A stretch of 54,597 nucleotides of DNA, counting the filler, from Squatina squatina (Eukaryota): NCBI GenBank assembly GCA_031763465.1. It is 3 parts of 3 records of this genome, joined end to end, with 100 filler letters (N's around TTAATTAATTAA, not from the genome) between each part and the next. Parts side by side here need not be neighbours in the genome. Positions count along the whole stretch, not along the records: positions 17,807 to 35,963 come from JARFOE010000080.1; positions 36,064 to 54,597 come from JARFOE010000013.1; 1 more part is not named here. One strand, given 5' to 3'. The position numbers were made by a program, and so were the translations under genes. Within the stretch, counting starts at the first letter, position 1, and each line of letters opens with the position of its first letter. Of the stretch, positions 25,513-38,005 are shown piece by piece. Under the pieces are notes generated by a model. It worked only from the letters and a program-made list of their open reading frames with translations. It made no database searches and was not told the DNA's origin.

Positions 25513-26577
25513 CTGAAAGAAAAATACAGAAAGTTGATATATCCGGTAATCAATTCGATTCCATATTAAAGGTCTGAATTTAATTTGCCGATAAAANNNN
25601 NNNNNNNNNNNNNNNNNNNNNNNNNNNNNNNNNNNNNNNNNNNNNNNNNNNNNNNNNNNNNNNNNNNNNNNNNNNNNNNNNNNNNNNNNNNNNNNNCACA
25701 AGTCTTTTTTCTTTTATTGTAAGGTATTTGGGACTGAGTCAGATCAGCAATAATTTGCCATAAAAGACTTGCTATTAATTAGCTTCTATGAAACTTCTCT
25801 ACAAAGTTAACATTCCAGTAATTGTTTCTAACCACATGAAAGTGTTTTAGAATCTTAGATTTTCTCTTCAATCAGCACTCAGTATGCTTAGAGTTGTGTT
25901 TCTTGGTTAAATAACGTTATCCTGTGACTAAATACTCTTCAGCACTTTCCTAGCTCATTAAAAAATTAACATTTGCATTTTTAAAATCTGTTGGTCCTTT
26001 TGTAGAGTGCTGCCACATCACAGCATTATTATTGCAAGAAACAAATGGTATGTCACAGCATGTGCATGACTTCCTAAAGAAGCAATGGGTGAGTAAGCAC
26101 AAATAGTCCGCTCATTCACCAGTTCAGAGTCCTAATAGATGAGTTGTATGGATGCCTAGAAACCAATCTTTCATCAATTGTAGGGCGAGAGGTGAGGTAT
26201 CCCATGGCAAGCTATTCGTTGTGTTGGCTGTTTGAATGTGAACTTAGCTTTAATAATAGTACCACTAGTAACCTCAAATGAAGCAGAAAATTTCCAAATA
26301 AGAAATATATCTTACAAACCCAAAAGATGAAAGCTGGGGTGATAGTTTAAATTTCTCTGAAACTGGTGTGATTGTTATCAATAGACAGCAAGTTATTTCC
26401 TCTGATGTAACATTCATATTCTCTCATAACAGTGATATCATGTTAAAGGACTAGTCCATACAAATATTTTTATACAGTATATGCAGTTTATAACATGTTT
26501 TGTGTGAGTCCCAAACAATGCTTTTGAAAAAGTGTGCATTTATTATAAACACCTATTTTGATCCAGTGTAATTTAGA

Positions 26578-26653
26578 TAGAAACATAGAAAATAGGTGCA
26601 GGAGAAGGCCATTCAGCCCTTCGAGCCTGCACCGCCATTCAACTCGATCATGG
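26578..26653 (-). mobile_element. CR1 3' tail
   Basis: agaaacatagaaaataggtgcaggagaaggccattcagcccttcgagcctgc. Confidence 0.8.
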
Positions 26654-27667
26654 NNNNNNNNNNNNNNNNNNNNNNNNNNNNNNNNNNNNNNNNNNNNNNN
26701 NNNNNNNNNNNNNNNNNNNNNNNNNNNNNNNNNNNNNNNNNNNNNNNNNNNNNTATGAGCAGAATTGTACAATGACTTCACAAAATCTATACATGCAACT
26801 TTCTGAATGATTTTCCTTATAAATTGCAAAATCAACTCAGCAATAAATCATTACCTAGAGGGTAATTGGGTCAATCTGGTATGATTCAAAGTTTTGGTAA
26901 GTCATTTGTTTTCTGGTCAAGGGTAGTAGTACGTTACCCACTGTTGACAATATATGTACGGGTTGAGAAATAAAGATGGAATGCAATCAAATGAACAATG
27001 AACCTTACTTGCATCCCTGGACCTTCAACCATTTGCTTTTAATGAGGAAGGAGAAGGCTGCAGAGAGATGGTATCTGGCGCTGTTCTATTTATTCTCCAA
27101 TCAGAGGTAGTAGTTGCATAATTTTATTTTTTTGCCTTAAAATGCCAATTGTCAAAGGTTTTGAATAGACTGAAATGACATTACAATCCAGGTATAATAG
27201 GCATTAACTAGTGGAAAATAAGGTAGTTTAGCATTTCCAGTCACTGCCAAAAAACCTTATATAATCAGTCAATTAAATTCCAAGTGTTCAAAAAGAAGTT
27301 TTGTAATTTTGCAGTAAACTATTTAGTGTTCTCCCCAGAATACAGAAATCTAATTATAGAGGTTGCAAGTTAAACTTATCGTTCAGTGTCATTTTATGTG
27401 GAAATAACAAATGTACAGTACCATCACGTTTTACAATGTCAGGAAGAATACTAGGCTCTTAGGTGAAACTAATTCAATAAGGGTGAAGGTTTTCAGAAAG
27501 GAAAATGAATTAGCACATTTTGCAAAGCCTGTATTTTGCAGTTTTTGCAGTCATTGTGAACAGCAAATGTTATTAGGTTATTTTATGAGTGAAAGGAAAT
27601 CTTCCTGTGAACTGGAGTTGATTAAATAAGCACTCGTCTCCATATTTCTCTTAATGCAAATCTTTTG

Positions 27668-27794
27668 TTAAACATATGAGTTTTTATCAAATTGTTTTGG
27701 TGCCGTCCCCATGCTTTTGGCTGACCTCATTTCCGTTGCACCACTGTAAGCCTTTGTCCGAGAAGAAAGAAATGACATTGCTCCATACCTTGTT
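27668..27794 (-). CDS. CLDN10: Claudin-10-like last exon, copy B (paralog)
   Basis: ttctttcag|..TRYGAMSFLSSRTKAYSGATEMRSAKSMGTAPKQFDKNSYV*; same splice phase as copy A. Confidence 0.88.
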
Positions 27795-28196
27795 CTGAAA
27801 GAAACAAAATGTGTTGAACTTCAAGCACTTGTCCCTTTTACAAGTAATAAAACTATTGTACAAAAGTTAAACTCTTTCGTGCATTGCATTTTTAAAATTC
27901 TACAGTTTGAACACAACCAAAGGATAGGAGCAACTAGGGCAAAATAAATGAGAAGAAGCAGCAGCTTTGGGATGAATGTCTGAAAATCTGCTTAATAATA
28001 GAATATTAATGGAAATGCTGCTTCAATGTAATTTACATATGTAATATTTAACTTTCTTTTGTTTGTCTTCGATTGTCTGATTGAACCGAACGTTTGNNNN
28101 NNNNNNNNNNNNNNNNNNNNNNNNNNNNNNNNNNNNNNNNNNNNNNNNNNNNNNNNNNNNNNNNNNNNNNNNNNNNNNNNNNNNNNNNNNNNNNNN

Positions 28197-29102
28197 TGAC
28201 TTTCTTCCACTCCGGAGTTGTCGGTTCCGAGGTGGCTGAAAAGTCCAATGTGAGATCTGCAAACTCGACCACGGGTGGGGCAGGTGGTATTTGGTGGGGC
28301 GAGAAGATGGGATGCTCGTGTTTCTGCGCGCTCCTTCCGCTGCCTGCACTTGGCCTTCACGTGCTCCCGCCGGAGAAACTCGAAGCTGTTGGTGCCTTCA
28401 CAGATGATTCTCCTCCATTGCGGGCGGTCTTGGGCCATTGATTCCCATGAGTCAGTGAGGATGTTGCATTATTTCAATGAGGCTTGTAGCGTGTCCTCTG
28501 CCCTCTTCGGAGGCATTTTTGTCATGAATGAGCTCGGAATCTTGTGCTTGTTTCGGGAGTCTTGAATCAGATGATGTGACCCTCCCATCGCAGTTGGTTG
28601 AGCGTGATGCCTTGATGCTGGGGATATTGGCCTGAGAGAGGACGCTGACGTTGGTGCATTTATCCTGCCAGCTGATTTGCAGGATTTTGCGGAGGCAGCA
28701 TTGGTGGTATTTCTCCAGTGCTTTGAGGTGTCTGCTGTAAAGTGACCATGTCTCCGATGCATACAGGAGAGTGGGTATCACTGCTGCCCTGTAGACCATG
28801 AGCTTGGTGCTGGGTCTGAGGTCTTTGTCTTCAAATATTCTCTTCCTCAGGCGCCCGAAGGCTGTGCTGGCACACTGGAGGCGGTGTTGGATTTTATTGT
28901 CTATGTCTGCCCTTGCTGAGAGGAGGCTCCCAAAGTATGAGAAGTGTTCCACGTTGCCCAGGGACTTGCCGTGGATCTTGATATTTGGGGGTTGGTGGTG
29001 TGTGGCTGGGGCAGGCTGGTGTAGGGGAGGAAGAGAGCATGCCAGGAGATCTCAGTGATGCCATAATCGTGAACATCTTCAAGAAAAGAGACAAGTCCAA
29101 TT
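28197..29102 (-). mobile_element. RTE-clade LINE fragment, copy 1, with an inverted 5' piece
   Basis: EHFSYFGSLLS..KLMVYRAAVIPTLLYASETW, C-terminal CPTRGRVCRSHIGLFSHLGT; plus-strand piece EESMPGDLSDAIIVNIFKKRDKSN at about 29025-29102. Confidence 0.9.
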
Positions 29103-29202
29103 NNNNNNNNNNNNNNNNNNNNNNNNNNNNNNNNNNNNNNNNNNNNNNNNNNNNNNNNNNNNNNNNNNNNNNNNNNNNNNNNNNNNNNNNNNNNNNNNNN
29201 NN

Positions 29203-30141
29203 TGACTTGCTTCCACTCCGGAGTTGTGGGTTCTGAGGTGACTAAATAGTCCTATACGGGATCCGCAAACTCTACCACATATGGGGCAGGTGGTATTTGA
29301 AGGGGCGAATGGATGGGATGCTCGCATTTCTGCGTGCTCCTTCCGCTGCCTGCGCTTGGCCTCCACGTACTCCCGCCAGATTGGCGCCTTCGGGGATGCT
29401 TCTCCTCCAGTTTGGGCGGACTTGGGTCAGAATTTCCCATGAGTCAGTGGGGATGTTACATTTCTTCAGGGAGGCTTTGAGGACATCCTTGAAGCGATTC
29501 CTCTGCCCTCCTGGAAGCCGCTTGCCACGATGAAGCTCAGAATAGAGTGTTGCTTCAGGAGTCTTGATTCCGGCATGTGGACGGTGTGGCCCGCCCAGCG
29601 CAGCTGGTTGAACGTGACCAGTGCCTCGATGCTGGGGATATTGGCCTGAGAGAGGACACGTATGTCTATCCTGCCAGCTGATTTGAGGGTTTTGCCGAGG
29701 CAACGTTGGTAATATTTCTCCAGTGCTTTGAGGTGCCTGCTGTACATTGATCATGTCTCCGATGCATACAGGAGGGCGGGTGTCACTGCTGCCCTGTAGA
29801 CCATGAGCTTGGTGCTGTGTCTAAGGTCTTTATCCTCAAATACCCTCTTTAAGTGGCCGAAGGCTGCGCTGGCACACTGGAGGCGGAGTTGGATCTTGTT
29901 GTCTATGCCTGCCCTCGCTGAGAGGAGGCCCCCAAGGTATGGAAAGTGATCCACGTTGTCCAGGGGCTCGCTGTGGATCTTGATAGTTGGGGGGCAGTGT
30001 TGTCTTGCGGATGTTTACTGTGAGGCTCAATCTCTCAGACACCTCAGTGAATATGTCGACGATGGATTGGAGCTCAAAGTCCGAGTGTGCAGACAGGCAA
30101 GCGTCGTCTGCATACTGCAGTTCGATGATAGAGGTTGGGGT
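29203..30141 (-). mobile_element. RTE-clade LINE fragment, copy 2
   Basis: ELQYADDA RT core near 30100-30120, QLRWAGH, C2H2 finger CPICGRVCGSRIGLFSHLRTH; frameshifted. Confidence 0.92.
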
Positions 30142-30470
30142 NNNNNNNNNNNNNNNNNNNNNNNNNNNNNNNNNNNNNNNNNNNNNNNNNNNNNNNNNNN
30201 NNNNNNNNNNNNNNNNNNNNNNNNNNNNNNNNNNNNNNNNNGAATCTCATTAATTATATATATCTAACTGGGTATTTAAACTAGATAAAACACTAATCTG
30301 CTGAAACACAATAAGACTCCCATCCGGTTGTTTACAAAGGATGTACTTTTGGTAAACAATTAGTAGAGGACCTCAGTTGAGTGTTTAATCTTAAATAAAA
30401 CCTTACATGTAAACTAGTATACAAATTATTGTGTAAAGAAAACAAATGGTTGTATTGTTCTGCGTTTCAG

Positions 30471-30720
30471 GAAGGAAATTGCCAAGGTTCTGCAAAGCTC
30501 TTACCTGCGTGCCTTGAACATGGCCTCATTCTTTATTGCTAGCAAGATGATATTGTTTTTTACGTTCATGGTGTACGTGCTACTTGGCAACACTATCACA
30601 GCAGGTCGTGTGTTTGTCACAGTATCATTGTACGGCGCTGTGAGACTCACAGTCACCCTGTTCTTCCCAGCAGCTATTCAGACAGTTTCAGAGGGATTAA
30701 TCAGCATAAGAAGGTTAAAG
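30471..30720 (+). CDS. ABCC4: ABCC4/MRP4 exon (TMD1)
   Basis: tttcag|[25 protein letters not shown]...[33 protein letters not shown]|gtatgt, 250 nt. Confidence 0.96.
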
Positions 30721-31004
30721 GTATGTTCAAGTATTGAAAAATAATGCTGATGCTAATTTTGCTTTTCTTGGCAAGGGAAGGTTTGTAACTTGGTGAATTT
30801 TCATGCTCAAGGTGAGGGATATTGCTGCAAGGAAATAGAATACTTAGCAGTTTAAGGCATTGAGTCTCAAGCATTAAGTGATAGAGATAACAAATATTCT
30901 GGGAACAGAAGGTTATAGGAAGTAATAACAAAATGCCTGTTGAGAACATAGGATCAAGAGTAGGCCGTTCAGCCCCTCGAGTCTATTCCATCATTCAATT
31001 AGAT

Positions 31005-31260
31005 CAGGGGTGTGCAATTATTTGGGCTGGAGGGCCACTTCATAAGATTTGCTGAGCTGTTGAGGGCCGCATACTAATATTCCCCCTAAGTGTGCGGCCG
31101 CAAGGTCACGCACCAATCGCGAGGGCTCGTACAGGCTGGTCACCAGCCCCTGCCACTGGAAGAGAGACCGCGCAGCAAATTTAAAGGGACCGTGCACGCT
31201 GGTGAGAGCAAAGTGTTAAAATTGGTACATTTGAAACAGGCCAACTCATTGATCATCACT
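31005..31260. mobile_element. hAT-like non-autonomous element end, inserted into a CR1 tail
   Basis: Starts caggggtgtgcaa (hAT-type TIR) directly after a CR1 tail at 30944-31004. Confidence 0.45.
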
Positions 31261-31436
31261 CCCACTTCCATCTTACCAATAATTTAGAAACATAAATTCA
31301 GATCGTAGTCAGATACTATCTTAAATACTCAAAATGNNNNNNNNNNNNNNNNNNNNNNNNNNNNNNNNNNNNNNNNNNNNNNNNNNNNNNNNNNNNNNNN
31401 NNNNNNNNNNNNNNNNNNNNNNNNNNNNNNNNNNNN

Positions 31437-31596
31437 TTCAAAAGAAAATGGTATCCTGGACATCAAAGGCAAAATAGCTTATTGTGCTCAGCAGCCATGG
31501 GTATTTCCTGGTAATGTTCGGAGCAACATCCTATTTGGGAAAGAATACCAAAGAGAAAAATATGAAAAGGTCATTACAGCTTGTGCTCTGAAGAAA
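31437..31596 (+). CDS. ABCC4: ABCC4 exon (NBD1 Q-loop), 5' end in gap
   Basis: [53 protein letters not shown]|gtgagt. Confidence 0.95.
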
Positions 31597-31669
31597 GTGA
31601 GTATCAAAAACATACCGACTCTGGCTCTAATGCTGACATATTATTTTAGCATAGTGATTGAGGGGTTTA

Positions 31670-32218
31670 GCATCTTTGAAAGTAGATAAATTGCCAGGCC
31701 AGGATGAAATGTATCCTAGTCTGTTAAGAGAAGCAAGGAGAAAATAGCGGAGGCTCTAACCATCATTTTCCAATCCTCTCTGGCTATAGGTGCAGTACTG
31801 GAGGACCAAAGGATTGCTCTCGTCATACCGTTGTTTAAAAAATGAGAAAGGGATAGGCCGAGTAATTAAATCCGAACCTCGGTGGTGGCGAATTATTGGG
31901 AAAAATTCTGAGGGACAGTATTAATCGTCATTTAGAAAGGATTGGCTTAAGCAAGGGCAGTCAGCATGGATTTGTTCGGGAAGGTCATGTCTGACTAACT
32001 TGATTGAATTTTTTGAGGAGTTAACAAGGAGGGTCATGAGAATAGTGCATTTGATGTAGTCTACATGGATGTAAGCAAGGCTTTTGACAAGGTCCCACAT
32101 GGCAGCCTGGTTAGAAAAGCAAAAGCCCATGGGATTGAAGGGAAAGTACCAAGTTAGATACAAAATTGACTCAGCGGAAGCAAAGGTTACTGGTCAACGG
32201 GTGTTTTTGTGACTGGGA
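31670..32218 (+). mobile_element. CR1 reverse-transcriptase fragment
   Basis: Degenerate QHGF..RSCLTNLIEFFEE..VVYMDVSKAFDKVPH. Confidence 0.9.
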
Positions 32219-33744
32219 NNNNNNNNNNNNNNNNNNNNNNNNNNNNNNNNNNNNNNNNNNNNNNNNNNNNNNNNNNNNNNNNNNNNNNNNNNNNNNNNNN
32301 NNNNNNNNNNNNNNNNNNNNNNNNNNNNNNNNNNNNNNNNNNNNNNNNNNNNNNNNNNNNNNNNNNNNNNNNNNNNNNNNNNNNNNNNNNNNNNNNNNNN
32401 NNNNNNNNNNNNNNNNNNNNNNNNNNNNNNNNNNNNNNNNNNNNNNNNNNNNNNNNNNNNNNNNNNNNNNNNNNNNNNNNNNNNNNNNNNNNNNNNNNNN
32501 NNNNNNNNNNNNNNNNNNNNNNNNNNNNNNNNNNNNNNNNNNNNNNNNNNNNNNNNNNNNNNNNNNNNNNNNNNNNNNNNNNNNNNNNNNNNNNNNNNNN
32601 NNNNNNNNNNNNNNNNNNNNNNNNNNNNNNNNNNNNNNNNNNNNNNNNNNNNNNNNNNNNNNNNNNNNNNNNNNNNNNNNNNNNNNNNNNNNNNNNNNNN
32701 NNNNNNNNNNNNNNNNNNNNNNNNNNNNNNNNNNNNNNNNNNNNNNNNNNNNNNNNNNNNNNNNNNNNNNNNNNNNNNNNNNNNNNNNNNNNNNNNNNNN
32801 NNNNNNNNNNNNNNNNNNNNNNNNNNNNNNNNNNNNNNNNNNNNNNNNNNNNNNNNNNNNNNNNNNNNNNNNNNNNNNNNNNNNNNNNNNNNNNNNNNNN
32901 NNNNNNNNNNNNNNNNNNNNNNNNNNNNGTTTATGATCCTGGCACTCTGCCTTGTCAGACTTAAATGTTCACCACAGTTTGTTATTTCTTTCAACTCCAG
33001 CCCATTGGTTCCTTCTCTTCAAAGCACCATCAACAGTGCAATTTTATTTTTTTTCTCTCCCAAAATCCCATTGTTCCCTTTAAATGGCATTTTTTCAGAT
33101 CTGTTTCTGCTCTCCCAATGTTTGTTTGCAATCCAACACCTTTTAAAATGCATATATTCTTTATTATATAAATAAAAACATACAAGAGCTGACCAAGCAC
33201 AAATATATGGAAAGCTCTTGCTTAAAATGAAATCCGCTTACCTTTCTTTCCACAAAAGGAATTTTTAAAATGGTAGTTATTGGAGGGAGGTGACTGCAGC
33301 TCTCAAACATCTGAGGAGCATTAATTTTCATTAGATTAAACATTTGATTTATTTTTAAAGCTGCTTTGTCACTTTTATTGAATAAGTATTATTTGTTCAA
33401 TATATGTGGCTTCTAACAAGTGATAGATAAACTTGTAATCTCACTGAATACATACAAAGTTTATTCCCAGCACACAAGATAACAACCTGACTGGAATTAC
33501 CTTCCTGCAAGTTAAAAAAATTCAAACAGTGAAGCTGGGAGTGCTAGCTGTGACCAACTCCTGTTTAGTAACTGCTACAAAACTTTGTGTTGTGTCAGCC
33601 CCACAAATAAAGCATGCAGTGCTTCATAACTGACACATTTGAGCNNNNNNNNNNNNNNNNNNNNNNNNNNNNNNNNNNNNNNNNNNNNNNNNNNNNNNNN
33701 NNNNNNNNNNNNNNNNNNNNNNNNNNNNNNNNNNNNNNNNNNNN

Positions 33745-33950
33745 GTCCTGGCCAAAATTTATCCCTTACTTAACATCACTAAAACAATACCTGGTCATTA
33801 TCACATGGCTCTTTGTGGGAGCTTACTGTACACAAATTGGCTGCTGCTTTTCCTACATTACAACAGTGACTACACTTCAAAAGTACTTCATTGTAAAGCG
33901 CTTTGGAACGTCCTGAGGTTGTGAAAGGCTCTATATAAATGCAAGTTTTT
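33745..33950 (+). mobile_element. Deu-domain SINE 3' half (SacSINE1-like)
   Basis: ggtcattatcac..tttgtgggagcttactgt..aaattggctgctgc..acagtgactacacttcaaaagtacttcattg..ctatataaatgcaagt. Confidence 0.8.
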
Positions 33951-34349
33951 CAAGTCTTTCATCACCCTGCAATTTTCTCCCCTTCCAAGTATCCAATTCC
34001 CTTTTGAAAGTTACTATTGAATCTGCTTCCACCACCCTTTCAGGCAATGCATTCAAGATAATCCATAACTCGCTGCATAAAATTTTTTGCCCTCATTCCG
34101 CCTCTGATTCTTTTGCCAAGATAGATAGTATAACACTAATAGATCACTTTAATAGACAGCATAATGGTCTTATAATTGCAATAATTACTTAGAGTATTTT
34201 AGGAATTCAAAAACTAAAGGGTTGCTGACTAAATTGATGTCGAGACTGCTGTGTAGAATTTATGGCAGCTCTGTTTAAATGTGTGCTAAGAAGGAAAATA
34301 GTGATTTTTCTAATAATATTTTCAACTTAATCAATGTTGCTTTTCCTAA

Positions 34350-34439
<90 letters not shown>

Positions 34440-34924
34440 TGAGTGGCTTCGGAAAAGTAATTGCCTTGCAGAACAAGCAATCTAGTCTGTCTGATAAATT
34501 TCTGGTAATTTATTTTTAAATAAAAGTATTTTAAAGTTTTTTTTGTTAAATTTAGAAAAAAATGTGTTATTTATCTCCTTTTTATTAAATTTTAGTATTA
34601 GAGTAGATTTTAAAATGTTTTGCGATGTGTTTGTGTTGTTTTTAATCTTTTATTGAAGTTTTGACAGTTCTTGAGAGATCGCTGAGAACTGTCAATAGTT
34701 CAATGAAAGATACGCCTACCTGATTGGCTGGGGCCTCCCACGTGACCACTCCAGCCTCTGAGTTCGACTTGCCCGGGAAACAAGAGCATCCCGCTCAGAA
34801 TCTCCAACTCGGGGGGACTGAAGATTGCAAACTCCTGTGGATCCAGGACCCTTAGATAAGTACGTAATTTTTTACGCAGGAAGCCTCCAATCGCAATTTC
34901 AGGACCAATGTGTTTCTTAATGTA

Positions 34925-35105
34925 GCCATTACCATCTCTGATTGCCTTGCATCATCTCTTAATTTCTTCTGCCTTCCACCCAATCACTGATCTTTCCCTT
35001 TGTTCGTTCCTCCCCCTCCCCCCTTTCGCTGCCCTTGCAGGTGCTTGAAAACCTGTTGCATTCCTGGCCTTTTTCAGTTCTGACGAAGGGTCGTCGACCC
35101 GAAAT
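34925..35105 (+). mobile_element. Penelope-like element terminal-repeat fragment
   Basis: Pyrimidine-rich tract ending cagttctgacgaagggtcgtcgacccgaaa, the usual Penelope-like terminal motif. Confidence 0.6.
35075..35105 (+). ncRNA. Type I hammerhead ribozyme core (partial)
   Basis: CUGACGA (35080-86), A, stem II GGGUC/GACCC, GAAA (35101-04); stem III and the cleavage site fall in the gap. Confidence 0.6.
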
Positions 35106-35238
35106 NNNNNNNNNNNNNNNNNNNNNNNNNNNNNNNNNNNNNNNNNNNNNNNNNNNNNNNNNNNNNNNNNNNNNNNNNNNNNNNNNNNNNNNNNNNNNNN
35201 NNNNNTTCACTTGTTTTTTTCCCTCCTCCCTCTCCCAG

Positions 35239-35385
35239 GTTTAACAATAGCTGTGATACTGATTGGAATAATCAGAAGTTTGATGATTTTCAAAATATTG
35301 GTTAATGCATCACAGACGTTGCATAACAGAATGTTTACATCCATTATAAGAGCACCTGTTTTATTCTTTGACAGAAATCCGATTG
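35239..35385 (+). CDS. ABCC4: ABCC4 exon (TMD2)
   Basis: ctcccag|[48 protein letters not shown]|gtaagt, 147 nt. Confidence 0.96.
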
Positions 35386-35963
35386 GTAAGTGTGGCATAC
35401 TATATATTTTTCTTTTGGTAAAAGAGAGAATATTGATATTAGTTGATTCGTAAATGGCCAGCATTCTAGTTCAGATAGATTAATGCAGCAATGATTTAGA
35501 ATTAAGGTTTTGCAGTGTCAGTGTTGGGATAAGAGAATTAACCTGTGCCTGTAATTATGCTCAGCTACCACAAGGGGACAGTGTTCTCTAATGTTAAGTG
35601 GCTGTTGAGAAAGTTAAGCTTTGTGTATGCAGGTTCTTGTATACGTGTACATATTGTCATTCATTTGAATTACTTCAGCATTATTCTCAGATGGGATGAT
35701 CTAATCTATGACAATTATCAGTAATTAGTGTGTAAAAAAAAACCTAAAAGTTGTCCTTTAAAGAAAATCATTTAAATTGATGGAAAAATATTCCTCTAAA
35801 GCACTCAAAAAAGGGGAAACAAAAGCTTGACTAGTTACTTTCCTAATCCATGAGTTAGTGGTCTTTGAAGTGTTCATCTCTGTAGAAGTGCTTGACATAT
35901 GACTACACTCTGCCAATATATCTAGACATTAACTATACTGAATCTTGTATGCTGCAACCAGGC

Positions 35964-36063
35964 NNNNNNNNNNNNNNNNNNNNNNNNNNNNNNNNNNNNN
36001 NNNNNNNTTAATTAATTAANNNNNNNNNNNNNNNNNNNNNNNNNNNNNNNNNNNNNNNNNNNN
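35964..36063. other. Synthetic scaffold-concatenation linker
   Basis: N44-TTAATTAATTAA-N44, identical to the first linker. Confidence 0.95.
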
Positions 36064-38005
36064 GTAGATCACAACTAAACCGACAGTGCAAGTAAACGCT
36101 CATGTGGGAGACAGTTGGTTATCTCGGTGACAACTGGTAAATCAAGGAGTGCCTTGACTAACTCTGTCTGCTCTCCCCTCTTCCCCCATTTCTTTCTCGA
36201 TGCTACTTCCATATTACCTAATGCCCAGTTGGGTTTCTGCAGCGCCTGTGGGTTCCTGACTGTTCTATACAGATCCATCGGCACAGCCCCACAGCCATCC
36301 ACATCTTCGTGAGAGTCAAGCCCATCTCCTGAAATTGCAGAGGCACAACTTACCATGAAGCAGCCTGAGCCGATGCCCATGTACCATGTCTGATTCTTAT
36401 GCAAGGGGCTCCAATCCAAACTAATTCCATTTAAGCAATGCGTGGCTGACAGGCTGACGAGAGATGGATGGACGGGTGGATTCAGGAGCAAAGCTGGGAA
36501 CACAAGATCACCCACATCCCAACTCCGTTTAGAACACTATATATGTAGATGCATATAGATGCATATGTGTGTGTATTTCCAAAACTCAACCAAAACTAAT
36601 CGCCAGCAGTTTCGCCCACAGCCCAGGCTGATCAGAATATCCCCATGATTTTCACACAGACGTTGCCACGATTCCNNNNNNNNNNNNNNNNNNNNNNNNN
36701 NNNNNNNNNNNNNNNNNNNNNNNNNNNNNNNNNNNNNNNNNNNNNNNNNNNNNNNNNNNNNNNNNNNNNNNNNNNTGGTAACAATAAGTTCAACTTGTCA
36801 TTAAGTTCAACAACAGTTGAAGAGGACATGCTATCGCCGTCGGCTGCCATTATTCCACATTGGCCGACTACCATGTCGGCCGATGTATGGCGGCTGATTG
36901 GCCCCCAGCGCCGCTGCCAACATTTGCCAGCGCGCTTTCTGGTGTGCCAGCCTTTCCAACCTTCACCCGGCTCCTTGGTGGCCCAGTGGCGGGCCCTCCC
37001 CTTTAACGCAGGGGGCGTGGACGTGGCTAACGCAAGTGCACCGGCCTCGGCAACGCGGTGCTAGCCACGTTGTCAACACTAGGCCGCATTCGCCGGCTGA
37101 GCACCGTGTCAGCACTTCATTAGCGCTGCCATGTTGCGCTGACCCGGAAAACAGACAAAGACCCCAATTGGGGGTCAGAAGACAACACTCCATGGCCGGT
37201 GCTAAAGGCCCGAGCCCCGGACCAATTCTGTTGCCAAATCTGCCGCAGATCAATAGAACAGTCACTGATTCAATAAATGCTGTCCCATTTGTGACCTCCC
37301 ACTCTGATCAGTGCAGATGCAAGTGCAAAATGACCACAAATAACCACATTGCCTCCAGTTACACAATTATCTTTTTTTATTAGCATTACTAACTACACTG
37401 AAAAACTAATTGCTTAAATTACATTCCATGCAATTATTGCACTTGTCACCTCCTTTATTAAAGCACAGATGAAATAAACTGCAGTAAGAGATTACTATGC
37501 TTTACTGGTTATTAACATTACCATGGTTCTTAATGCATATACTCAAAACCAAGACTCCCTGTACTCTGCAAAGCCTGAGAATTCTATTTATACCACCTAC
37601 TCTCACCTACAGGCATAAGCACTGGTTCACTAATATGCAGCTGTTTTCTGTCCCTTTTAAGTAAACATAACCCATGCTGTAGACAGTTGGCTGAACACCA
37701 CTCAATCTTTAATTTCTTGCTGAAATGCAGTCCTAAAGGGCATAATAATAACATGATCATGAATAGTTGTCCTGGGAGCATTTCAAACCATGAAGCACAC
37801 TTGTTTTGCTGAAATTTGTGAAATTGCAGTTGCTGTTGTTTCATACAGAACAATTAATTGCAAATCTTCCATTCAGGAGACAGATGTCTTCAATTCTGTT
37901 GCTGGCANNNNNNNNNNAGTGGACTTGCTTTTTGGGTCTATCTCAGGTTATTCCAGGAAGATCACAACAGAATTGGGCAAAAGAGCTGCCAATGTGAAAG
38001 GTCTG

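Noticed and set aside
32166-32994. Long ORFs of about 250 aa
   Set aside because: Almost entirely translated N.
36075-36515. 146-aa minus-strand ORF
   Set aside because: No recognisable motif or splice support; likely repeat-derived or chance.
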